Assembly: GCA_032718475.1 (NCBI GenBank)
Contig: JAUCBJ010006003.1
Location: 1-59,986 of the forward strand
Direction: 5' to 3'
Length of the DNA: 59,986 bases
Origin: Nemertoderma westbladi
Lineage: Eukaryota; Animalia; Xenacoelomorpha
Made by a program: the position numbers and the translations under genes. How positions within the stretch are numbered: position 1 is the stretch's first letter; each line of letters begins with the position of its first letter. The notes below the pieces were generated by a model. The model was given only the letters and a program-made list of their open reading frames with translations, was not told the DNA's origin and searched no databases. Shown piece after piece: positions 1 through 10,530 of this stretch.

Positions 1-329
1 ACCCTAACCCTAACCCTAACCCTAACCCTAACCCTAACCCTAACCCTAACCCTAACCCTAACCCTAACCCTAACCCTAACCCTAACCCTAACCCTAACCC
101 TAACCCTAACCCTAACCCTAACCCTAACCCTAACCCTAACCCTAACCCTAACCCTAACCCTAACCCTAACCCTAACCCTAACCCTAACCCTAACCCTAAC
201 CCTAACCCTAACCCTAACCCTAACCCTAACCCTAACCCTAACCCTAACCCTAACCCTAACCCTAACCCTAACCCTAACCCTAACCCTAACCCTAACCCTA
301 ACCCTAACCCTAACCCTAACCCTAACCCT
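1..329. repeat. Telomere, perfect (CCCTAA)n = TTAGGG type
   Basis: About 55 perfect CCCTAA units from base 1, ending abruptly at ...ccctaaccct|taccag. Confidence 0.99.
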
Positions 330-702
330 TACCAGATCCTAGTAACGATGTATCTTACTATAAGACTCTAGTAATGAAATGGGCTCGTACAGTATCTGAC
401 AACAAATCCCAGTCCAGGATATCTAAACAAACAGATACAATACACAAACTACTACTGGCGAGGAGCAGAGCCTGGTGTCTATTCTAGGTACGTGGGCGGG
501 TCTAATGCCTACGTACTAGACAAAAGGATACCTGTCCTCTAACCGGTATGGCAGATGTACAGTTACAGTAACAGACCAAACTCACGGGAAAACAATCCCC
601 GCGCAGCGAATCCTAACTATCGCTGACAGTCCTAAATACAGTAACTTGCCGCGGTGTGATTTATATGGTTTATATACGAGCTAGGTGGGTTACAGCCCTA
701 GC

Positions 703-823
703 GTAACAATACTGATCCCCCTGTCTGAATCAGCCTAAAAAGGGTCGTGCCTAAATGTAACGATAACTGATCCCCCTGTACGAAATCAGTCTAAAAGGTC
801 AGGCCTAAATGTAACAATAACTG
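703..823. repeat. Imperfect ~55-bp tandem repeat (about 2.3 units)
   Basis: gtaac(a/g)ata(a)ctgatccccctgt...cctaaat repeated. Confidence 0.75.
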
Positions 824-1790
824 CTGCGCAGAAAACAACAGTTTTATAACGAAAATGAAATACTCCCTCTTGCCGTAACTAAATGTCTGATCCTAATTTA
901 CAAATACAGATAATTTCTGCCTAAAGTAATCTAAAGTGTGCTATAACTAGTAGAAACTCTAAGGGTAAATATGTTTTAGGGCGTGTGTGTGTGGGGGTGT
1001 TACAAATAAAACAATTTTGGTGTGTATCTTTTCACTAGGTTTTAGTAATTCTCTGACCGAAACAATACCGTGCGCTAGCTACTAAAATAAACTAGTCGCG
1101 TTTTGTAGAACTTTATACTCACAAATGACGTCAAAGCTCTCTCCTTCCTATCCACAACTCAAATGGGCAACCACGGTGTTAGTAACTACACCCGTGATCG
1201 GCACAAATACCAGATTCTGGTTGTAAGATAAGAAATAGGGATTAATTGCTACCGTACGTTAGCTGATCTGGTATACAAATTTGATTCTAGAACTTTGTTG
1301 CCGCGGTAGTTAGCAGCAATACCTATCAGTACGTGGCAAGGCGCGGTAGGATATTAATAAAAACCTCCCTAGGCCAAGCGGTGTGCCGGTAGCAGAAATA
1401 CTCCTTGCCTGATCAAATAACCAACTTCAGGCAGGGGGGGGGGGGTACTAATGTATGCTCTACAAAGCGAACCGGTACCAAACGGTCAGTACTGCGAATC
1501 ACTAAATTATGGAACATATGCTGTCTGTACCTAATATGTACTCGCGTACTGATGGAAGGCAATAATTCGCTTCTACCTACCTGTGAGGTATACAGGTAAC
1601 CCAGGGGTTCGCAGGACTGATAAAAGGGGGGGGGGGTTCTGCCTAAAATATAGTTATTTGATCCTAAATTTGCGGGATCTTTCCAACCGGGATCTTTTAA
1701 ACATCTTTCCCTGCGTTGCTGACGGCCTAACGGTCTAGGCGGTCATCTTCCCGATTTTTGGCTGTCCCAAAGTTGGACCAAAGAAAAACA

Positions 1791-2332
1791 TGTTCAGGAG
1801 TTTACAAATATATTTACAGTTTACGACTTTATCAAACAGAATTGCAAAGTTTCAAAAAGAAACATAATAAAGTTTGAGACAAGTGAAGTGAAGAGATACT
1901 AGCTAAGAGTGGTGATAACCGAAGGCAAACCAGCCTTTATACTAAATCTGGGACATCGAATTTACTAGAACCTTCGAGAGTATTCGATGGCCTCACATTG
2001 GAGCAATAAGATATTCCATGCCTTATGATTGGCCTAACTCATCGTTCGATACGTTGTACGCACCTCATTGGCTTACCAATTTGTACCAAATGAAAATAAA
2101 TGGCCCCAAAATACAAATTTCCCGACCAAGATTCGAACTCGTAACCTATTTAATGCAACCAACGCCTTAACCATCTGACCACTACGCCACGAGAGTAACT
2201 AGGGGTTTTATGTATACAAATATGAATAGGCATATTACATTACTGTAACTTAATCAAAGTGCGTCGGATTTTCGAAAGTTTTTACGTTATACTACAAATG
2301 CTATTCTATAGTGAAATAATTCATCAGATACA
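1791..2332 (-). repeat. Putative 5' LTR of element C (542 bp)
   Basis: Minus strand TGTATC...TGAACA; TATA-like AGTATAAAG near 1935-1943; PBS-like TGG 10 nt downstream. Confidence 0.5.
2119..2190 (-). ncRNA. tRNA-like sequence (Pol III A/B boxes) inside putative LTR C; not a canonical tRNA
   Basis: Minus strand GTGGCGTAGTGGTCAGATGGTTAAGGCG...CGAG-TTCGAAT-CTTG: D-loop-like A box and a T-arm with B box; no good acceptor stem. Confidence 0.55.
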
Positions 2333-3639
2333 ATAGATCCTGAAGGCGGAGGAAATAGATCTCGTTCCAGCAGACGTAGAAGAACGCCTCACCATCAGAA
2401 ATTGCCTAATTTGCCCACAGCTGTGAGAAGGCAACTAGCTAGTGCAGACTTAGGTAGTACAGAACCCACAGACCAAATTATTAGAGTAGAAAGACTCCCT
2501 ACTATAGTAGATGAGCCTGAAATAATTAGGCCTGTTCTCGAAACCACCCCTTCGGTGATAGAGACACCTGTGCTTCCAGAACCTAACTCTAAATTCCCTT
2601 TGCACAGTACTAAATTACCTGTGCCCAATAGAATAGCCACAGAAACAGCCCCAGTCTTGGACGCCGAGCAAGACATCCACGATTTATCGCCCGTCGTCCC
2701 TCGTCTACCCGCTACTATGTTGGCGGCTCCCGCTTCGGCGGTCGAGTGGGTGGATGAGGGACGGCGGGGGATGGATCTCCTGCTCGGACAATTGGAGGAA
2801 CAGCGTTTACGTTCCTCCCAGCACGTCCGAGAAATGGAAGGGACTGTGCAGCAGTTAAAGGGAACAGTAAGAGAGGGTAGGTTAGAACTGCAAGAAGTGC
2901 AGCAGAGTATCGCGTTAGAACGCGATAAATTAGTAAATATACAAAGGGGTATACCACCACCCCCTGTAACAATGTGTCAACCTGTTAGGTCTGAAGTATT
3001 TCATGCGCAAGGTGTGGAGCCTACACGCATCTATACTGCTAGTGAAGTAGAAACTCCTATAGTAAACCCTATTAAGGGTAACGATAAACCTGTTGATAAT
3101 GATATTCCATATAGACCTGATCATAATCCGAGAAATTTATATACCGATAACTCGATATTAAATAATACGATGGCCCAAGAAAGTTTTACGCGTCAAATTA
3201 CTAGAACCGAAGCACGTCAAGCGGTAAAGGTGGGAGAGATCGTCAAGTTCAACGGAGATGAGATGAAATGGTTACCTTTTAATGAATATTATAAAGATAA
3301 CATACAGAACTCTGTGCTATCTAACGGAGAGAAACTTAGATTCCTCATCGAGTGCTTGGAAGGATCTCCCAAGTTAATGGCGTTAAAGTTTATTGGACAT
3401 CCAGATGGATTAAGACAATTTTGGGATACACTAAACATCAGGTATGGTAATAGGACTAACATAGCTAGGTATTTGTATGTGAAATTGGTAGCGCCCCGAA
3501 AGTTTCTTAGCAGCGGGATTATAGAATTTTCCGATGAGATTCAGGAGATCTGTAGACAACTAGATTGGTTAGGTAAGTCTCATGAATACCAGAATTCTAT
3601 GGTTGTAGGAGCCTTAGCATCAGCTTTGCCAAAGGGTGA
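2333..3639 (+). pseudogene. A1 gag, middle part (coiled coil + BEL/Pao capsid-like DUF1759-type region), interrupted by A2
   Basis: ORF 2402..3703 with IVKFNGDEMKWLPF...LSNGEKLRFLIECLEG...LNIRYG; runs into the A2 LTR at 3640. Confidence 0.85.
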
Positions 3640-4745
3640 TGTTCGCGCTTTTAAGACCTTTGGCAGTTTAACCCGCCAAATCTATATGTCTTCTAGGTTA
3701 TAAATCGACTTTAGCCTATGACAAGTATTTGATATAAATAAATCCAACATTAGCCGAAGCCAGTCAATGCGCGACCATTCACCCGCTGGATATACCCGGG
3801 AGACTGGATTCGGATGCTTTAATTTGATTGCGGTGCAGGCCTACCGTACTATTCGATTGATCGTTAATATATAATCTCTGACAAATATTATTCACTTTCG
3901 GGAAATATTAGCAGTTCCTTTAGGACGTGGCGCTCTATCCATATAAACAGAGTTATGACTTACACTATACACAACGGGATGGCTTATAGATCACAAAAGG
4001 TGCATTCTTTAGGAAATGCTTTGTTACTCGGTCAAGCACATACAGACTATTGCACACCACTGCACACTGAATTGCCGATATTCACTGATTTTAATCATGT
4101 ATAAAGAGAACAGCAACCGACATTTGTAGGGCCTATTAAGTAGCATTGAATTCACTACAAACCACGATAATGTATGTCGCAATTGCTATATGTAACCGGT
4201 CTCTCTAACATTAGTGTATCAAGAAGATTGGGGTTTCTGATCGTTTATCAATATTCTCCAAATAACAATATGCAAACGAATGATACATTTAATAACAAAC
4301 CGTAAATAGCAGTAAATAATGCGGTGAAAAGCAGTTTGAGTTTACAGCACGTAGTATGCAGTACCGTGCCAGACCAGGTAGGTAGTGTGCCAAGTTAACC
4401 AAGATAACAGTTTTGTGATCTTATAATTAAAGACGTTCTAATGTTGGAAAATTCAGAAACATTCCACAGCCGATGATGTTCTAAGCTGGGAAAAACGTCA
4501 TTACTGAATCATGTGATTCATGGTATACATTTTACACACAAAGAGGTAATCTATCACTGTGATTGGTCAACTGTTGTTCTGATTGGTTGATCGAACGGAA
4601 CAAAGAGGCTACACAAGTACAGCAAATCAGCCAACCAGCGGGCGGATTGTGCCACTAGAAGATACAGTTTAGAGGATTTGAGCGAATGGGGGAAAACTGG
4701 ATTACGAATGGAAAAGGCCAGTTATATCCCCCAAAAGCTTTTACA
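3640..4745 (-). repeat. A2 3' LTR (copy 1)
   Basis: tgttcgcgc...gcttttaca; about 9 substitutions seen versus 16184-17289. Confidence 0.97.
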
Positions 4746-6023
4746 CCGCTCCCAGAAAATGGGATTTAATTATATAAAATATAAAAAATCACAGTTTCTA
4801 AAATATAAAAATACTCTAAACAGTTAGTCTTTCTTGCGCGGACGGCGTTTACGCAGTTTCTTGAGGCTAGCAAGAGTCCTTTTCTCTTTGGGGCGAGCCA
4901 CTTTACTAGGAGGGCTATAACTCCTGGGTGAAGGGTGCAATACAATTGCATCAGAAGGTTTAAGGTTACGGTCGGTGTCTCGTCCATTTCAATATGCTTC
5001 TCCTCGAGCTGATTTTCCTCCGCTTGTCGTTGGATACGTTCATCCAAAACTCTCGCAGAGAATAGGGTTGTCTAAGTTCGATATCTTCTTAGAGATTCTG
5101 GATTTCCCAATCGAACTGAGATAAAGCCAATTCGTTTATCGCTTGGACTTGCTGTTACAACTTACGTTTATCTGAACAAACGCAGGTTTCCTTTCTGATC
5201 TTTGTAGAATAGCGTTTAACTCGTTTCGTACAACGCTCTCCTCCACCTTGATGAAGGGTTGTATCGCGTTAAACTGGGACGACTATACGGTTGAATGGCG
5301 ATATTAGGTGTCCGCATCCCAATACGGCTAGGTAAGATGGGCGGCTAGCTAGAGCTCACTGCCGGAGTGTTACCGATTAATTGTTAGGGTAACACTAGAT
5401 CTTTGAACAGTGAATACAGCTCGTGAGGATCCGTGATACTATCAGAATCGAAAGTCTGATGTCTAACTAAGGAATGAGGAGGTCTGACCGAGGATTCCGG
5501 AACTCTGATCATTGGTTTATTTAAGGATCGTCTGAGTCGAACGAGCGTAGGTGATACGTCAAACAAATTTCGCTCGAAACTCCCGCAAGTATAGCGAGTA
5601 AAACCGTGTTTAGTGCAACGTCTCCGCGGATGTTTAGGTCTTTCCGTTTGTTGGTTGGGTCTAGGGCATTCATCGCAATAATACCAAAGACGCACGTCTT
5701 GTAGGGGAAACGCGAGTGATCTTTCTCCAGCTTACAATATTCCTCCATCTGTTCGAAGCTATCCGGTACAACAGGTAGCGGTCAATCGGCGGTAAGATAC
5801 ATCATAGTGGAATAGAGCCGTTTGAGTTCTACCATGCGGTCATGATGTATACCTTGAGGATATCGAGTTTCTAGATTCTGTTGACTGGTAATATCGAGAT
5901 AGGTTTCTCTCAAGAATTCCAGGTATTTGGTGAAGTCGCTGCGTTTATCCGGCTCTTCAACATCTGCACTTTCGAGTCGGTTTCGAATAGAATTTTCGTG
6001 TTCGAGTCTCAGTTTATCGTTCC

Positions 6024-6036
6024 GGGTTAGGGTTAG
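6024..6036 (+). repeat. Interstitial telomeric insert GGGTTAGGGTTAG at the duplication junction
   Basis: 6025-6034 (GGTTAGGGTT) is absent from both parental sites (8559 onward and before 3501). Confidence 0.9.
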
Positions 6037-6173
6037 TTTCTTAGCAGCGGGATTATAGAATTTTCCGATGAGATTCAGGAGATCTGTAGACAACTAGATT
6101 GGTTAGGTAAGTCTCATGAATACCAGAATTCTATGGTTGTAGGAGCCTTAGCATCAGCTTTGCCAAAGGGTGA

Positions 6174-7279
6174 TGTTCGCGCTTTTAAGACCTTTGGCAG
6201 TTTAACCCGCCAAATCTATATGTCTTCTAGGTTATAAATCGACTTTAGCCTATGACAAGTATTTGATATAAATAAATCCAACATTAGCCGAAGCCAGTCA
6301 ATGCGCGACCATTCACCCGCTGGATATACCCGGGAGACTGGATTCGGATGCTTTAATTTGATTGCGGTGCAGGCCTACCGTACTATTCGATTGATCGTTA
6401 ATATATAATCTCTGACAAATATTATTCACTTTCGGGAAATATTAGCAGTTCCTTTAGGACGTGGCGCTCTATCCATATAAACAGAGTTATGACTTACACT
6501 ATACACAACGGGATGGCTTATAGATCACAAAAGGTGCATTCTTTAGGAAATGCTTTGTTACTCGGTCAAGCACATACAGACTATTGCACACCACTGCACA
6601 CTGAATTGCCGATATTCACTGATTTTAATCATGTATAAAGAGAACAGCAACCGACATTTGTAGGGCCTATTAAGTAGCATTGAATTCACTACAAACCACG
6701 ATAATGTATGTCGCAATTGCTATATGTAACCGGTCTCTCTAACATTAGTGTATCAAGAAGATTGGGGTTTCTGATCGTTTATCAATATTCTCCAAATAAC
6801 AATATGCAAACGAATGATACATTTAATAACAAACCGTAAATAGCAGTAAATAATGCGGTGAAAAGCAGTTTGAGTTTACAGCACGTAGTATGCAGTACCG
6901 TGCCAGACCAGGTAGGTAGTGTGCCAAGTTAACCAAGATAACAGTTTTGTGATCTTATAATTAAAGACGTTCTAATGTTGGAAAATTCAGAAACATTCCA
7001 CAGCCGATGATGTTCTAAGCTGGGAAAAACGTCATTACTGAATCATGTGATTCATGGTATACATTTTACACACAAAGAGGTAATCTATCACTGTGATTGG
7101 TCAACTGTTGTTCTGATTGGTTGATCGAACGGAACAAAGAGGCTACACAAGTACAGCAAATCAGCCAACCAGCGGGCGGATTGTGCCACTAGAAGATACA
7201 GTTTAGAGGATTTGAGCGAATGGGGGAAAACTGGATTACGAATGGAAAAGGCCAGTTATATCCCCCAAAAGCTTTTACA
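6174..7279 (-). repeat. A2 3' LTR (copy 2, from the duplication)
   Basis: Apparently identical to 3640-4745. Confidence 0.97.
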
Positions 7280-7299
7280 CCGCTCCCAGAAAATGGGAT

Positions 7300-8876
7300 T
7301 TAATTATATAAAATATAAAAAATCACAGTTTCTAAAATATAAAAATACTCTAAACAGTTAGTCTTTCTTGCGCGGACGGCGTTTACGCAGTTTCTTGAGG
7401 CTAGCAAGAGTCCTTTTCTCTTTGGGGCGAGCCACTTTACTAGGAGGGCTATAACTCCTGGGTGAAGGGTGCAATACAATTGCATCAGAAGGTTTAAGGT
7501 TACGGTCGGTGTCTCGTCCATTTCAATATGCTTCTCCTCGAGCTGATTTTCCTCCGCTTGTCGTTGGATACGTTCATCCAAAACTCTCGCAGAGAATAGG
7601 GTTGTCTAAGTTCGATATCTTCTTAGAGATTCTGGATTTCCCAATCGAACTGAGATAAAGCCAATTCGTTTATCGCTTGGACTTGCTGTTACAACTTACG
7701 TTTATCTGAACAAACGCAGGTTTCCTTTCTGATCTTTGTAGAATAGCGTTTAACTCGTTTCGTACAACGCTCTCCTCCACCTTGATGAAGGGTTGTATCG
7801 CGTTAAACTGGGACGACTATACGGTTGAATGGCGATATTAGGTGTCCGCGTCCCAATACGGCTAGGTAAGATGGGCGGCTAGCTAGAGCTCACTGCCGGA
7901 GTGTTACCGATTAATTGTTAGGGTAACACTAGATCTTTGAACAGTGAATACAGCTCGTGAGGATCCGTGATACTATCAGAATCGAAAGTCTGATGTCTAA
8001 CTAAGGAATGAGGAGGTCTGACCGAGGATTCCGGAACTCTGATCATTGGTTTATTTAAGGATCGTCTGAGTCGAACGAGCGTAGGTGATACGTCAAACAA
8101 ATTTCGCTCGAAACTCCCGCAAGTATAGCGAGTAAAACCGTGTTTAGTGCAACGTCTCCGCGGATGTTTAGGTCTTTCCGTTTGTTGGTTGAGTCTAGGG
8201 CATTCATCGCAATAATACCAAAGACGCACGTCTTGTAGGGGAAACGCGAGTGATCTTTCTCCAGCTTATAATATTCCTCCATCTGTTCGAAGCTATCCGG
8301 TACAACAGGTAGCGGTCAATCGCCGGTAAGATACATCATAGTGGAATAGAGCCGTTTGAGTTCTACCATGCGTTCATGATGTATACCTTGAGGATATCGA
8401 GTTTCTAGATTCTGTTGACTAGTAATATCGAGATAGGTTTCTCTCAAGAATTCCAGGTATTTGGTGAAGTCGCTGCGTTTATCCGGCTCTTCAACATCTG
8501 CACTTTCGAGTCGGTTTCGAATAGAATTTTCGTGTTCGAGTCTCAGTTTATCGTTCCGCTTCCGCTGGGTATGATATTTAAATAAAACCATTTCCCTTTT
8601 GGTGTCTATATCGTTCGTATCGTGTAGGTCGATAGGATGACCAGTAGTTAAGAAGTCCATATACGTACCATTACGATGCGTATAGCGAGCGGTGAATTTT
8701 CTACAGTCCAACCCACGCGCAAGTTGCTCCCGGGACATTGGCGGTTAGATATAACGACCATCGTCCTCCGTAGTAGTTGGACCAGCGTCGCCGCGTATCA
8801 AGCTATCAACAAACGCTTGTAAAGGTAGAGTATATCGCTCCCTGATACCAAGATCATCTTCTATCAACTCAATCAT
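7300..8876 (-). pseudogene. A2 accessory ORF region downstream of pol, unknown function, broken by stops/frameshifts
   Basis: Starts MIELIEDDLGIRERY at 8876; ORF pieces 8316..8738, 8055..8282, 7918..8229; homologous to 21342.. and 28133.. Confidence 0.65.
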
Positions 8877-9705
8877 ATCTGCTATATAAGTTTATCCATA
8901 TTATAATGAGTTTATATTTAGGCGAGCGGGCGTCGCTGCCTACCCCTCTCTGCCCCCGGTCAGTGCGAGATCCTCAGCGCTGGTGTACTTTCGCCGATGT
9001 GCCTATCGCCAACGTCGTAGCTGCACAACGACTACAACAACCAGCACGAGTCACTCCACCGTCCGTCCCAAAGGCTTAGATATACTTCAGGTTCTTACTG
9101 GAGAGTTAGGGCTACTTTCACAATTGCGACTCGCTACTGTAAACACACCTTAGTAGTAACATTCACCTACAAACGCACAAATTCCACGTAACTGTCACAA
9201 ATGGTACACATTCTATCACACATTCGGGTCATTTGTCCATTAGTCAAGTGCCTTCCAGAATGTCACGTTGTTATTATGTATCCTTGGATACTAGCGGTGT
9301 GCTATTTATTCCATATGCTATTCAATGAGCAAGCTTTTTATTGTTCTGTTAACTCGCTTCTAATTCTAGCGTGGTTGTTGCTATGATGACATTATGGAAA
9401 GCTAGCGGTAGAATTAGGGTAATTCCCATGCATACAGATCTGGGATGCTATTTAATAGTAAGTCTTTAATGGTCAATATCATCTTTATACATGATTTTAT
9501 GAATTTTATCGGCTATTGACTCTATATTGGAGATTCTCGCACACTAATACACTTAATAGGTGAATCTCCGCTCCCATGATCTATTAATTACTGGAATTTT
9601 GGGAATATTATAAATTGTATAAAATAACAATTTATCAAATTCATTAAAAGATGAATTTAAATTTATTCCCGTAATTTTATTATTTAATATTAAAATAGAC
9701 ACAAT

Positions 9706-9970
9706 TTTATTCCAGAACAAGTCTGGGGACTGGGATCCTTGATTCTAGGAATTTTGTCTTTTTAAGAGTATCGGTAAGTGCTACAATATCTTAATCGACT
9801 AGAATGTTAAAGGATCTGCAATTTGACAGATTTTATAAATATTAATAGTTAATATTTAGGATGGGCACCGGTTTATTCCAGAACAAGTCTGGGGACGTTA
9901 ACCACTGATTCTAGAATTTTGTCTCTCAAGTATATCGGTGGGTGCCGCGATATCTTAATCGACTAGAATT
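9706..9970. repeat. ~100-bp direct repeat pair in the family A post-pol spacer
   Basis: tttattccagaacaagtctggggac...atatcttaatcgactagaat twice; also twice in A3 (~28953-29305), once in A1. Confidence 0.75.
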
Positions 9971-10530
9971 GCAGATGGTCAAAGGGTTTAACAGATTTAT
10001 TTTGCGTTTTACGCTACTGTTAAAGGGACATCACGCTACTATATGTATTATTTAATATACGGTATGAGAGCAATATCGCACGAAGCAATGTCAGTGTGAA
10101 GAGGCAAGTCGTTTCCAAGGTCTACCCAGAGCTTGGTTTAGCCGAGACACGAGGATCTGAACTTTGCATTCCTAATACTCTGCTTACCAATAATACTTAA
10201 ATATAGTAGGAGCTTTATTGTACTTTAATAAGTACGGATATTTCATCTTACTGTAGTCACGTATTTATAATGTAATGAACAAGTAACGGTACAGTAAGGA
10301 AAGAGAAAAAGAATTATTTCTCGCCGTCGCACTAAATATATAATATACAGGTAATTAAGTAATAAACGCTAATATATTGCACTAATCTACTAAATAATCG
10401 CTAAAATAACATTCTACTAAATAAAATTAAAGAAAACGATTATAATGAAATTACATAATAATACATACATAATATAAAATAATAGAAATAAATATAAAAT
10501 AATATAGTCACACACCCACTCCGTATGTTG

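Larger units (their letters stand above)
330..2332 (-). mobile_element. Element C: probable LTR retrotransposon (5' LTR + non-coding leader) truncated by the telomere, inserted in A1 gag
   Basis: Non-A sequence ends ...cagataca(2332) where A1 gag homology starts. TG...CA segment 1791-2332 is followed on the minus strand by tgtttttctt-TGGTCCAAC (PBS-like). No second LTR available to confirm. Confidence 0.55.
3501..8558. repeat. Tandem duplication of 2524 bp (3501-6024 and 6035-8558) with a 10-bp spacer
   Basis: Constant offset 2534; covers the end of the A1 gag piece, the A2 3' LTR and part of the A2 3' region. Confidence 0.97.

Noticed and set aside
1771-1790. Self-priming signature for element C
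   Set aside because: The sequence next to the putative LTR has no flush complement in the LTR; a TGG-type PBS 10 nt away fits better, and the LTR edge is unconfirmed.
2260-2330. Minus-strand CTGATGA...CGAAA as a second hammerhead
   Set aside because: No closing stem II pair and no stem I/III complementarity.
330-2332. Telomere-specific non-LTR retrotransposon (HeT-A/TART/SART/TRAS-like)
   Set aside because: No ORF, poly-A tail or flanking telomeric repeats on the proximal side; the structure fits a truncated LTR element better.
5782-6093. ORF MSTDLLNLIG... as a distinct gene
   Set aside because: Chimeric frame crossing the duplication junction; KLTLT comes from the junction and telomeric insert.
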